64,000 nucleotides of DNA from assembly GCA_021108075.1 (NCBI GenBank), contig JAIORP010000100.1:7783-71782 (forward strand), given 5' to 3'. Positions 9,903-19,313 of this stretch are shown here, one piece after another (positions within the stretch are counted from its first letter, which is position 1; every line of letters begins with the position of its first letter). Source of the stretch: Candidatus Omnitrophota bacterium (GTDB taxonomy: Bacteria; Omnitrophota; Gorgyraeia; Zapsychrales; Zapsychraceae). The position numbers and the translations under genes are program-made. Below the pieces are notes generated by a model. That model worked only from the letters and a program-made list of their open reading frames with translations, did not search any database and was not told where the DNA came from.

Positions 9903-12401
9903 ATGAAATCATTGAACAAAAAAAAGAAAGCTAAAACAGAAAACGATTTTGATTGGGTCAATGTTCATAAGGATATGAGTAAGGAAGGCTTGAAGCTGTC
10001 TTTTTTCGCGGACCGGCAATATAGTCTTGCGAAAGATCAGTATACTTCAACAGCGTATGATAATTATATGGCTTTAGCCATAACTGTCAGGAATCGTATT
10101 GTTGAACGGTGGATCCATACCCAGCAAAGTTATCATAAAAAGAATGTGAAGCGAGTTTACTATTTGTCAATGGAGTTTTTAATCGGTCGTTTGTTAGGAA
10201 ACTACATATATAATCTGGGGATTGAGAAGGAATTGCAGGCGGCCTTTGATGAATTGGGCTTTGACTTGGACTTGTTGCGTGAACAAGAGGTGGATGCTGC
10301 ATTAGGGAATGGGGGGTTAGGGCGGTTAGCCGCCTGTTTTTTAGATTCAATGGCGACTTTAGACATCCCGGCCCATGGTTATGGTATCCGTTATGAGTAT
10401 GGTATTTTTAATCAAAAGATTAAAAATGGTTTTCAGATTGAGCTTCCGGATGAATGGTTGCGTTGGGGAACTCCGTGGGAATTCCCTCGACCAGAATACA
10501 GGCAAAGAATCCGTTTTTATGGGCATATTGAACAGCGTCCGGATGAGAAAGGCCGCATGAAAAGTTGTTGGGTCAAGACAGATGATGTCTTAGCTGTTCC
10601 TTATGATATGCCGATTGTCGGATATAAAAATGATGTGGTCAACACCTTGAGATTGTGGTCAGCCAGAAGCAGTGATGATTTTGATCTGGACTATTTTAAC
10701 CATGGGGATTATGAGCGTGCTGTTTATTCAAAGATTTTATCGGAAAACATTTCAAAGGTTTTGTATCCGAACGATGCCATGAGCACCGGTCGAGAACTGC
10801 GTCTTCGGCAGGAATATTTTTTCACTGCGGCATCCATCGCAGATATTATCCGCCGGTTTAAGGTTGAGAATGATGACTTGAAAGATTTACCCGGCAAGTT
10901 AACAATTCAATTAAATGATACTCATCCGGCCCTCAGCATTGTCGAACTGATGCGGGTTTTGGTTGATGACGAAAAGTTTGAGTGGGAGACGGCCTGGGAC
11001 GTCGTCCGGCGGACCTTTGCCTATACCAATCACACATTGATGCCGGAGGCTTTAGAGCGATGGTCTGTCGATTTGCTTGAAAAAGTTCTGCCGCGTCATC
11101 TGCAGTTGATCTATGAAATTAATTCCCATTTCATAAAAGAAATTCGCGCGCGATTTCCAGACGACGAAGAAAAAATCCGCAATATGTCTTTGGTGGAGGA
11201 GAGTTGGCCGAAACAAATTCGTATGGCACAGCTTTCCATCGTCGGGAGCCGTTCGGTCAATGGTGTGTCGGCGTTGCATTCAGACCTGCTGAAACGGTGG
11301 ATGTTTCGTGATTTTTACACGATGTATCCAGAAAAATTTAATAACAAAACGAACGGGATTACACAGCGTCGATGGTTGCTTAAGGCAAATCCAAGATTAT
11401 CTTCTTTGATAACTGAAGCGATTGGAGACAAGTGGGTCATCGACTTAGACAAAATAAAGAAGATCCTCCCACTCAGCAAAGAAGCATCATTTGTAGAACA
11501 ATGGCAAAAAATAAAGGGGCAGAACAAGCAGGATCTGGCAACGTACATCAAGAGGACAATGGATATCCAGGTCGACCCTGAATCGATGTTTGATGTGCAG
11601 GTTAAGAGAATTCATGAATACAAACGACAGCTGTTATTCAGCTTTTATATTATTTCTCAGTATATGCTGTTAAAGAATGATCCTAAAAGTTTTAAGCAGC
11701 CACGCACTTTTATCGTCGGTGGTAAAGCCGCTCCGGGATATACCATGGCTAAGCTGATCATTAAGTTCGTCAATGCTATTGGGGACATCGTTAACAACGA
11801 TGCGCAAGTGTCTAAGAAGATGAAAGTGATTTTCCTGGAAAATTATCGTGTTTCATTGGCTGAAAAAATATTCCCAGCGAGCGAGTTGTCCGAGCAGATA
11901 TCGACGGCTGGCACAGAAGCGTCAGGAACAGGGAATATGAAATTTATGATCAATGGGGCATTAACGATCGGGACAATGGATGGGGCAAATGTTGAAATGT
12001 CACAATGTTTGGATAATAAAGACATTTTTATTTTTGGTCTAAAAGATAAAGAGGTTGAAGACTTAAAAAAACAAGGCTACCATCCGATGGATTATGTGAA
12101 TCAATCCCCCGTGCTTCAAGAGATTCATCATTTGTTGACGAGTCAGTTTTTTTGCCCGCAAGCTGCAGGGTTGTTTGATCCCATTATTAATACGATCTTT
12201 TATTCTGACCCGTTCTTGGTCTGCGCAGACTTTGATGCTTATTATAAAATGCAAGGTCAAGTTTCTGAGACATACACAGACAAATTATTATGGACACAGA
12301 AATCGATCAATAATGTCGCTAATACGGGATTCTTCTCTAGCGATAGGACGATCAGAGAATATGCTGATGATATTTGGCATGTGCGGTATAGAAAAGTTTA
12401 A
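9903..12401 (+). CDS. glgP: Glycogen/alpha-glucan phosphorylase
   Basis: EFLIGRLLGN and LGNGGLGRLAACFLDS motifs. PLP-lysine region IVGGKAAPGYTMAK. 832 aa. Confidence 0.95.
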   Translation: MKSLNKKKKAKTENDFDWVNVHKDMSKEGLKLSFFADRQYSLAKDQYTSTAYDNYMALAITVRNRIVERWIHTQQSYHKKNVKRVYYLSMEFLIGRLLGNYIYNLGIEKELQAAFDELGFDLDLLREQEVDAALGNGGLGRLAACFLDSMATLDIPAHGYGIRYEYGIFNQKIKNGFQIELPDEWLRWGTPWEFPRPEYRQRIRFYGHIEQRPDEKGRMKSCWVKTDDVLAVPYDMPIVGYKNDVVNTLRLWSARSSDDFDLDYFNHGDYERAVYSKILSENISKVLYPNDAMSTGRELRLRQEYFFTAASIADIIRRFKVENDDLKDLPGKLTIQLNDTHPALSIVELMRVLVDDEKFEWETAWDVVRRTFAYTNHTLMPEALERWSVDLLEKVLPRHLQLIYEINSHFIKEIRARFPDDEEKIRNMSLVEESWPKQIRMAQLSIVGSRSVNGVSALHSDLLKRWMFRDFYTMYPEKFNNKTNGITQRRWLLKANPRLSSLITEAIGDKWVIDLDKIKKILPLSKEASFVEQWQKIKGQNKQDLATYIKRTMDIQVDPESMFDVQVKRIHEYKRQLLFSFYIISQYMLLKNDPKSFKQPRTFIVGGKAAPGYTMAKLIIKFVNAIGDIVNNDAQVSKKMKVIFLENYRVSLAEKIFPASELSEQISTAGTEASGTGNMKFMINGALTIGTMDGANVEMSQCLDNKDIFIFGLKDKEVEDLKKQGYHPMDYVNQSPVLQEIHHLLTSQFFCPQAAGLFDPIINTIFYSDPFLVCADFDAYYKMQGQVSETYTDKLLWTQKSINNVANTGFFSSDRTIREYADDIWHVRYRKV

Positions 12402-12433
12402 ATCGTAATTTTTTTTATAAAAAGGAGGGTGAA

Positions 12434-12766
12434 GTGAGAACTAATGAAAGAAAAGAATTATTGAATCTTCCGGAAGTTGTGGAAGAGATTAAGCGGCATC
12501 TTTGGATAGAGAGTGAAAAAGCCGGTTATGATATTGGCTTTGATAGCGCGGCTGATGACTGGTTTAACAAATATTCTCAGGACTGGATGCGGTATCACTT
12601 GCCGGGGGAAAAGGCAGATGGTCCTAAGAACGGTAAATCTAAAGCTGATCCCGTAAAAGGAAAGAACGGGAAGGCGACTGCTGTGAAAACAACGGAAAAG
12701 AAAACAACTGCAAAGAAGTCTGCTGCAGCATCCAAAAGAAGAAGAGCTAAGAGTTATAGAAGTTAG
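12434..12766 (+). CDS. Hypothetical protein with lysine-rich histone-H1-like C-terminal tail
   Basis: 110-aa ORF with GTG start and a GGAGGGTG RBS. C-terminal KNGKSKADPVKGKNGK...KKTTAKKSAAASKRRRAK. Confidence 0.45.
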   Translation: MRTNERKELLNLPEVVEEIKRHLWIESEKAGYDIGFDSAADDWFNKYSQDWMRYHLPGEKADGPKNGKSKADPVKGKNGKATAVKTTEKKTTAKKSAAASKRRRAKSYRS

Positions 12767-12947
12767 TATTGCGTTTCTTTTGTCTTCGTGTCTTTTGTTA
12801 GAAAGGTCGAATTGTTTTGTGGATATATCAGGCAAAATAAGACGGCCTTTTTGGTTTTTCCCCTGATTTAGAAGAAAATAAAGGTTCTCATTGCGGTGTC
12901 AGGGTCATAGCTATATAATACGTCATATTAAAAAAGAGGAAAGGCGG

Positions 12948-13448
12948 ATGTCTGAAAATGAACAGCGAATCGCACAAATAAGAAGTTTATTTAATGACAT
13001 CACTCTGAGGGCCATTATGGTCTCTCCGGTGATCACGATTAACGTCGATGCTAACTTAAGCGAAGCGTTGGAGAGTTTTATCGCTTATAACATCACCCAT
13101 TTGATTGTTGTTGACAGTCAAATAAAATTAAAGGGCATTATAACCCAGAAATATATTTATAAAACTTGTTCTCCTCGGAAAATTATGGGAGATATTTCTG
13201 GATATGACCCTGACCTGTTGTTGGATGGTGACAGCGTATACAGCAAGCAAACCTTAGATAATTTTATTCTGCGTCACATGATGAAGAAAAATCCTTTCGT
13301 CTTAACTCCAGATGATTCAATCGCGTCAGCCGTATGCTATATGGCAAAAAATAATATTGCCTGCATCCCCTTAGTTAACGATAAAGAAGCGGTTTGCGGG
13401 ATTATTACGAATCAAGAAATTGTGAATTTTATTTCACAATTTGTTTGA
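12948..13448 (+). CDS. CBS-domain pair protein
   Basis: Two CBS-like segments (IMVSPVITINVDANLSEAL...HLIVVD; FVLTPDDSIASAVCYM...ACIPLVN). Start at ATG 12948 with AGAGGAAAGG RBS rather than TTG 12891. Confidence 0.65.
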   Translation: MSENEQRIAQIRSLFNDITLRAIMVSPVITINVDANLSEALESFIAYNITHLIVVDSQIKLKGIITQKYIYKTCSPRKIMGDISGYDPDLLLDGDSVYSKQTLDNFILRHMMKKNPFVLTPDDSIASAVCYMAKNNIACIPLVNDKEAVCGIITNQEIVNFISQFV

Positions 13449-13512
13449 TCCGGCTTAGATGATTCGCGTGGACCCGGTCAATGTCATGAATATTGAAATA
13501 ATATACTCTTGA

Positions 13513-13541
13513 TTGACTTACATATTAGCCTTTTTTATAAT
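13513..13541 (+). promoter_or_regulatory. Consensus sigma70 promoter (TTGACT-17-TATAAT) upstream of cheW/che operon
   Basis: TTGACT at 13513-13518, 17-nt spacer, TATAAT at 13536-13541, about 43 nt upstream of the cheW ATG. Confidence 0.5.
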
Positions 13542-13583
13542 TATATTGTTGAATTTGTCCAACTAATTCCATGGAGGCAGAAA

Positions 13584-14099
13584 ATGAATGATATTGAAAT
13601 GAACGGATTAGATTTCCATGAGGATAATGATGTTCTTCAATTGGTTTGTTTCAAGCTGGCCGAAGAAGAGTATGCTATCGATATCAATTTGATTCGGGAA
13701 GTCATTTTGGTTCCTAAAATTACGCCTGTTCCTCAAATGCCTGCTTTTTGTTTAGGCGTCATCAATAATCGTGGAAGTGTTATCCCCGTCTTTGATTTAA
13801 GAAGAAAATTTTATCTTCAGGAAAAAGAATTTGATGGAAATACCCGGATTTTGGTTGCCTACATTGATCATCAGATCATTAGCATGGTCGTGGATGAAGT
13901 CCTGGATAATATTAAATTCGAATCCACGCTTATTGACCCAGCGCCGAGTGTGAAAATGAAAATAGAACGTGAGTATATTCAGGGTCTTGGTGAAGTTGAG
14001 AATCGAATGATTATTATTTTGGATTTAGCGAAGATGCATGAATTTATAAAACAAGAAATCGGGATAGGCCAAGGCTTTGCTCAGCAAGAGGCGATATAA
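13584..14099 (+). CDS. cheW: Chemotaxis coupling protein CheW
   Basis: Single CheW-like domain (LQLVCFKLAEEEYAIDINLIREV...VINNRGSVIPVFDLRRKF). GGAGG RBS 6 nt before the ATG at 13584. Confidence 0.85.
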   Translation: MNDIEMNGLDFHEDNDVLQLVCFKLAEEEYAIDINLIREVILVPKITPVPQMPAFCLGVINNRGSVIPVFDLRRKFYLQEKEFDGNTRILVAYIDHQIISMVVDEVLDNIKFESTLIDPAPSVKMKIEREYIQGLGEVENRMIIILDLAKMHEFIKQEIGIGQGFAQQEAI

Positions 14100-14126
14100 C
14101 CATTTAAGGGGGAGGGTAAAAGACAC

Positions 14127-15065
14127 GTGACACAAATAAATGATGAAAATAAAAAAGGCATACTGTTGGAGTCCGGAACGAATGAGCTTGAAGTTGTTGA
14201 GTTTTGTGTTGATGATTCTTACTATGCGATAAATATTGCTAAAGTTTGTGAAATTATTAAAGCGGACATAGAAATTGTTTCGGTCCCTGACACACATCAA
14301 TCAATTGATGGTGCGATCAATATCCGCGGTAAAATTATACCCGTTATCAACTTAGGGCGTTATCTAAAGAACGCTCCCATTGAAGACAAAAAGGAAAGCC
14401 GTATTATTGTTTCAGAATTCAATAAGATGACCGTTGGTTTTTGGGTGACTTCCGTTGCCCGCATTCACCGGCTATCTTGGAAACAAGTGGAGCCTCCATC
14501 AGAAATGCTGCAGACGGACCAAGGATATGCTGTCGGTGTTATTCGTATTAATGATAAAGTTCTTTTCTTATTAGATTTCGAGAAGATTGCCGCGCATATC
14601 AATCCGCGCTCATCCATGGATGCGGAAGACCGTTTAAAAAATATTTCCGATACAGATAAACATATCCGCTCATCAAAAGTTATTTTGATCGCGGAAGATT
14701 CCGACTTTATACGGACCATGCTTGATAAAGTGCTTAGAGATGCCGGGTATAAGACGATGACAGCGATGAATGGCAGCGAAGTTTGGGAATATCTCACGGT
14801 CGCACTGAATGACTCGGGTTTTACTAAAATAGAGGACATATACAGCTTGCTTATTACGGACATCGAAATGCCCCAGGTGGACGGATTGCATCTGATCAAG
14901 AGGATAAAGGGAAATCCAAAATTGCGTGAATTGCCTTGTATAGCGTTCTCTTCGATGATTTCGGAGAAACTCAGGTTGAAGTGTAAAAGTGTTGGTTCTG
15001 ATGGCGAGATTGCTAAACCAGAAATTGAAAAGTTAGTGGAACTAGTTGATAAACTCTCTCTGTGA
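14127..15065 (+). CDS. cheV: CheV (CheW-like domain fused to response-regulator receiver)
   Basis: N-terminal CheW-like domain (LEVVEFCVDDSYYAINIAKV...IRGKIIPVINL) plus C-terminal REC domain (KVILIAEDSDFIR...ITDIEMPQVDGLHL). GTG start with GGAGGG RBS. Confidence 0.8.
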   Translation: MTQINDENKKGILLESGTNELEVVEFCVDDSYYAINIAKVCEIIKADIEIVSVPDTHQSIDGAINIRGKIIPVINLGRYLKNAPIEDKKESRIIVSEFNKMTVGFWVTSVARIHRLSWKQVEPPSEMLQTDQGYAVGVIRINDKVLFLLDFEKIAAHINPRSSMDAEDRLKNISDTDKHIRSSKVILIAEDSDFIRTMLDKVLRDAGYKTMTAMNGSEVWEYLTVALNDSGFTKIEDIYSLLITDIEMPQVDGLHLIKRIKGNPKLRELPCIAFSSMISEKLRLKCKSVGSDGEIAKPEIEKLVELVDKLSL

Positions 15066-15099
15066 TTTAAACACGCGCACGACAAAAAGGGAGGTATGA

Positions 15100-15528
15100 G
15101 TGAAAACGATGGCTACCAAAACTTTTTCTCCTGAAAGAAGAAAATATATCCGTATTCCTTCTCAGAATATTTTGTATTTAAAAAAATTTTCAGTTCGTGA
15201 CTTAACGGTTGATAAACGGATAGAACGTAAGATTGAGGCTATTACTAAGAATTTAAGTGTGGGGGGAGTTCTTTTTGACAGCGATATCAAATACAGTCTG
15301 GGTTCCCTTTTGAAGATCGAATTAAACCTTCCTGGTTGGGAGAAATTTAAGAATGAATTTTATCGTTTTGACAAGACCTCCCGATCTGAACCGTTAATTG
15401 TTTTAGCAAATGTGGTAAGGCTGGAGGTTATTATTCCTGAAAAGTCTTATGAAATTGGTGTTTGTTTTTCTGCGATCGATACAGGTCATAGGTGGGCTCT
15501 GATGAAATATATTAACTCAAAAAAATAG
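15100..15528 (+). CDS. PilZ-domain protein (second copy, embedded in che locus)
   Basis: ERRKYIR (RxxxR) and NLSVGGVLFD (NxSxGG) motifs. 142 aa. GGGAGG RBS, GTG start. Confidence 0.7.
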   Translation: MKTMATKTFSPERRKYIRIPSQNILYLKKFSVRDLTVDKRIERKIEAITKNLSVGGVLFDSDIKYSLGSLLKIELNLPGWEKFKNEFYRFDKTSRSEPLIVLANVVRLEVIIPEKSYEIGVCFSAIDTGHRWALMKYINSKK

Positions 15529-15591
15529 TTGGTTCGTCTGTTCGAGAAATTAAGTTCGGTTTTTCGTTTATGTAATTTTTATTAATTCTTT

Positions 15592-15695
15592 ATACCAAAT
15601 CCATTAATAAATTGTTTTATCTTCATTCTGATATTCTCGCTAAATCGTCGAGAAAAGCAGAATTGGGTTTGGTCATTATTTAATGGAATTGGTAT
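15592..15695 (-). mobile_element. MITE-like intergenic repeat, copy B (reverse orientation)
   Basis: Reverse complement of copy A over the full 104 bp, with a few substitutions. Lies between the PilZ and MCP genes. Confidence 0.8.
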
Positions 15696-15758
15696 TAGTA
15701 TCCTTCCAACCCTAATTTTTTATACTTTTTTTACATTATCTTGAGGGACGAAATATTC

Positions 15759-18302
15759 ATGATAAGAAGAGTAATATTTATATTATTATTTATTTCTTTT
15801 GTGTGTTTGCCCTGCAGTTCCGCCCAGGAACCGCCTCCGTCACAAACGTCTCAGTCTGAGATTCAACCGGAAGCTGGTTTTTTAGAAAAAGCCCCGTTGG
15901 TTGATCGTCCGGTGAATAACGGGACGGAGCCTGGTGAAGACGAAGCAAAACAATCAACGGAAGTAACAGCTACCGGGGTTATTGCCGAAACAGGGACAAG
16001 TCAAGGAGCTTTGGATCCTGCAATCGTTGTTGAACAGGAAATGGAATTGCTGCGGTCCCAGGAAGAAGCGGAATTACGGGATATTTTGCAGAAATTGAAA
16101 ACAGAACGCGAAGCGCAGATGAACGTCGAATTGAGTATTTTTAAGACCGATAAGATGGATCGTATTCAGCAGGAGCTGAAAGTTTTAAGAGAGAAAGAAT
16201 TGCAGGCCTTGCAGTCCGAATTAGATGAAGAACGAAAGCAGTTGCAGGGTAAGCTGGACGCAGAAATTTTAACATTGCGGCAAGCATCCGAAAAACAGCT
16301 TATGGAAGAAATAGACGCGCAGAAGGGTGTTGCAACCCAGAAGATGTTGACCTTAATCGCTGAACGGAAAAAAGTTGAGGAGCAGAAGGTCAGGGCGGAG
16401 ATGGAAACGTTAAAGCGGGAAGGGCAGGCAGATGTTAATAAGCTGATAGAAATACAGAAAGTTGTAGGTCAGAGGGAAATGGAAGCGGCGTTAGCCGGCA
16501 TGCAGAAAGAGGGCGAAAAAAAGATTCAGAGAGATTTAAGCTTGAAGAATGCGCAACTAGAAAAAGAATTGAATGAATTGTATAAGTTTAAAGAAATTGA
16601 AATCAATGACGCCTATTGGGCTGCATTGGCGAAGCAGGATGCGGTCGTTAAAGGATTTACCGACAACCTTAAGACAACATATCAATCAGGCCGGAACGAT
16701 TTTGTCGCCAGGAATTCTGAAAGAAATAAATTTGCTTTGATCATGAAGATTATTTTTTTCTTGTTCTTTATCTATTTCTTTGTTCGTTTAATATGGCTAT
16801 TTGTTATTTCGAAAAGAAAATCATTGTCAATGGTTCATGCGCATAAATATATCGCAATATTGATCGGTCTTTCGGTTTGTTTTTTTTCGTATCACTGTTT
16901 GATGTGTACCAATCAATTGCAATCCGTCCAGCGTTTAAGGTCTTTTGTTGAAGGGACTTCATCCCAATTGGAGCAGATTTTTTTTCGAACATATATTTTT
17001 AGTTTTCAGAAAAAGTTGTCCATGAGGACAGAAGCCCTGAAAGCGGTGGAGAAGCTGAACCTGAACTGGAGAATGTTTCATGAAAATCAGCTGCTTGTCG
17101 GCAATGAAAACAATTCCATCCATTTTGTTCAGATTCCCAAAGATATGAGCACACGGTTTTCCGCTCTTTCAGGCGGCTTTGTTAGTTCGTGGACGGAAAG
17201 GCAGAAGAAGGTTCGTGGCGTCCTGAATGATAAAACATCAGATTTTTCGTCGAGAGGTTTTGTGGAAAATTATAACTCTTTTTACGAAGGGCTCGGGCGC
17301 ATGGGCCTCTTTTTGACCTTAGAAACCAATCGTCTTAAGAAATATTTTTATGTTCATCTGGCATGCATTTTTGCCGTTTTCCTGGTTTATTCCATTATTG
17401 TGAAACAGTTTTTTTTAAATCAGGTTTTTATTTTTTTGAGGGATCTAAAGAAGAGAATGGCAGCTAATCGTGACGGGGTTTTTACAGAAGTATTAAATAT
17501 GGAGCAGTATCGTTTTATCGAAATGAAAAGAGCAGCTAATAGTTATAGATTGCTGGTTGATAAGGTTGCACAGATTTTACGTTCTTTAAGAGAACGCACA
17601 CTCGAGATGTTGTCTTTGACTCAGCAGGCGGTAAATACGTCTCAAACCATTGCCAAAGACCTGAACCAGAAGATCCGTGTTTTTGAAGAATTGGAAATGT
17701 CGATATGTGCGAACGTCGAGAAGTCCACATCCGCTAATGACCTGTCCAGCGAAGTTTCCAGGAAAGCGATCAAAGCGGGACAGGCGATGAACAACACGAT
17801 TGAAGCCATGACTGTCATAGAAGCCAGTTCCCATCAGATTTTTAAAGCGGTCCATCTGATCGGCGACATTGTCGATCAAACGAATTTGCTGGCCTCGAAT
17901 GCGGCAATAGAGGCGGCCAGGGCCGGTGAACAGGGTAAGGGTTTTTCTCTTGTCGCCGATGAGGTGCGCAGGTTGGCAGAGCGAAGTGCGAGTTCGGCGC
18001 ATGAGATTGAAACCATAATTCAGGTGAGCCTGCAGCAAGTTGGTAATGGTGTTTCGATTTCTCAGGAGGCAGGAAAAGACGTTAAAGGCATCATATCCCA
18101 TATCCGGCAAGTCTCAGACCAATTAGCTGAGATATTTTTATCTTCTCAAAAACAATCTCAGATAATGGACCTAAGCTCAACACAGAAAACGGGGGGGCGC
18201 GCATTATTGGCTTCGAACTTGATGCTGATTTCAAATGAACTGGCGGAACTATCCGATTCTTTGTTAGACACAATCAGTGGGGTGAAAATAGATAAAGTTT
18301 AA
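15759..18302 (+). CDS. Methyl-accepting chemotaxis protein with atypical N-terminal architecture
   Basis: C-terminal MCP signalling domain (NLLASNAAIEAARAGEQGKGFSLVADEVRRLAERS). Signal peptide, then a ~300-aa E/K/Q-rich coiled-coil region, then two TM segments far apart. Start at ATG 15759 (GAGGGA RBS) rather than TTG 15741. Confidence 0.8.
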   Translation: MIRRVIFILLFISFVCLPCSSAQEPPPSQTSQSEIQPEAGFLEKAPLVDRPVNNGTEPGEDEAKQSTEVTATGVIAETGTSQGALDPAIVVEQEMELLRSQEEAELRDILQKLKTEREAQMNVELSIFKTDKMDRIQQELKVLREKELQALQSELDEERKQLQGKLDAEILTLRQASEKQLMEEIDAQKGVATQKMLTLIAERKKVEEQKVRAEMETLKREGQADVNKLIEIQKVVGQREMEAALAGMQKEGEKKIQRDLSLKNAQLEKELNELYKFKEIEINDAYWAALAKQDAVVKGFTDNLKTTYQSGRNDFVARNSERNKFALIMKIIFFLFFIYFFVRLIWLFVISKRKSLSMVHAHKYIAILIGLSVCFFSYHCLMCTNQLQSVQRLRSFVEGTSSQLEQIFFRTYIFSFQKKLSMRTEALKAVEKLNLNWRMFHENQLLVGNENNSIHFVQIPKDMSTRFSALSGGFVSSWTERQKKVRGVLNDKTSDFSSRGFVENYNSFYEGLGRMGLFLTLETNRLKKYFYVHLACIFAVFLVYSIIVKQFFLNQVFIFLRDLKKRMAANRDGVFTEVLNMEQYRFIEMKRAANSYRLLVDKVAQILRSLRERTLEMLSLTQQAVNTSQTIAKDLNQKIRVFEELEMSICANVEKSTSANDLSSEVSRKAIKAGQAMNNTIEAMTVIEASSHQIFKAVHLIGDIVDQTNLLASNAAIEAARAGEQGKGFSLVADEVRRLAERSASSAHEIETIIQVSLQQVGNGVSISQEAGKDVKGIISHIRQVSDQLAEIFLSSQKQSQIMDLSSTQKTGGRALLASNLMLISNELAELSDSLLDTISGVKIDKV

Positions 18303-18481
18303 AATTGACCTTAGAAAAATGGTCCTGTTTAAAGTCACATTTGTATGAGGGGGTTCAGGTTTGTTTTGGATGGAATCCTGTCATGGAAAGCGTCATTAAT
18401 TAATCCAGTTTGCGCTTTATTAGGTCTTGTTATTATGTTATAGTCCAAAATTAAGAAAACAAATAAAATGGATTGGAGACT

Positions 18482-19294
18482 ATGTTAGCAATAACAGATA
18501 CTGAATTTGAACAAATCAAGAAAATTATGTATGCGCGCACGGGTGTGTTCTTGAAACCATCAAAAAAGCAGCTGGTTGTCACCCGGCTACGCAAGAGACT
18601 GGAACAGCTGGATCTCGAGCAGTTTCAAGAATATATCCATTTATTAGAAAAGAATCAGGGCGACGAACTGGAGTTTTTTATTAATGCCCTGACCACAAAT
18701 GAAACATATTTTTTTAGGCATACAAAGCAATTCAATTACTTGTATGAAAAAATTCTTCCGGAATTAAAGAGCAAACCTGGAAGGGAAATCCGTATTTGGT
18801 GCGCGGCATGCTCGACGGGTGAAGAGCCGTATTCTGTTGCTATAACCTGTCAAGAATTTTTTAGGCATAACCCCGGTGGCCGTTATAGCATTTATGCTTC
18901 AGACGTTAATAGTGATGTTTTGTCATTCGCCAGAACAGGACAATATCTGGAACGAAGTTTTAAAGAGACCCCGCCGAATTTGACAACAAGGTATTTTTCT
19001 CAGACTGAAAATGTTGCTAAAGTCCGAAAAGAATTCGTCATTAAACAAAATTTGAAAAAAAATATCAGGTTTATGCAGCATAATTTGTTAAAACCGTTCG
19101 CGGAAAAAAAAATTGATGTGATTTTTTTGAGAAATGTCATGATCTATTTCGATAATGACAGCAAATCCAAAGTCGTGAATAATTTGATTTCCAGTTTAAG
19201 TCCGGGAGGCTACATCATGATTAGTTTATCAGAAAGTCTGAATGATGTGAGTTCTCCTTTGACCAATATTTTTTCAGGAGTTTATAAGTTGTAG
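18482..19294 (+). CDS. cheR: Chemotaxis protein methyltransferase CheR
   Basis: TTNETYFFRH and IWCAACSTGEEPYSVAI SAM-MTase motifs. Start ambiguous between TTG 18473 and ATG 18482. Confidence 0.85.
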   Translation: MLAITDTEFEQIKKIMYARTGVFLKPSKKQLVVTRLRKRLEQLDLEQFQEYIHLLEKNQGDELEFFINALTTNETYFFRHTKQFNYLYEKILPELKSKPGREIRIWCAACSTGEEPYSVAITCQEFFRHNPGGRYSIYASDVNSDVLSFARTGQYLERSFKETPPNLTTRYFSQTENVAKVRKEFVIKQNLKKNIRFMQHNLLKPFAEKKIDVIFLRNVMIYFDNDSKSKVVNNLISSLSPGGYIMISLSESLNDVSSPLTNIFSGVYKL

Positions 19295-19313
19295 ATGTTG
19301 CGAGGGAGTATTT

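Noticed and set aside
12434-12766. Calling the lysine-rich tail protein a histone-like nucleoid protein (HU/H1 family)
   Set aside because: Only compositional resemblance. There is no HU fold signature, and the N-terminal domain is unrecognised.
14465-15085. 206-aa minus ORF (likewise 17586-18110, 19274-19774 and 27362-27934 minus ORFs)
   Set aside because: These lie entirely inside well-supported + strand genes (cheV, MCP, cheB, permease). They have no motifs and are low-complexity translations.
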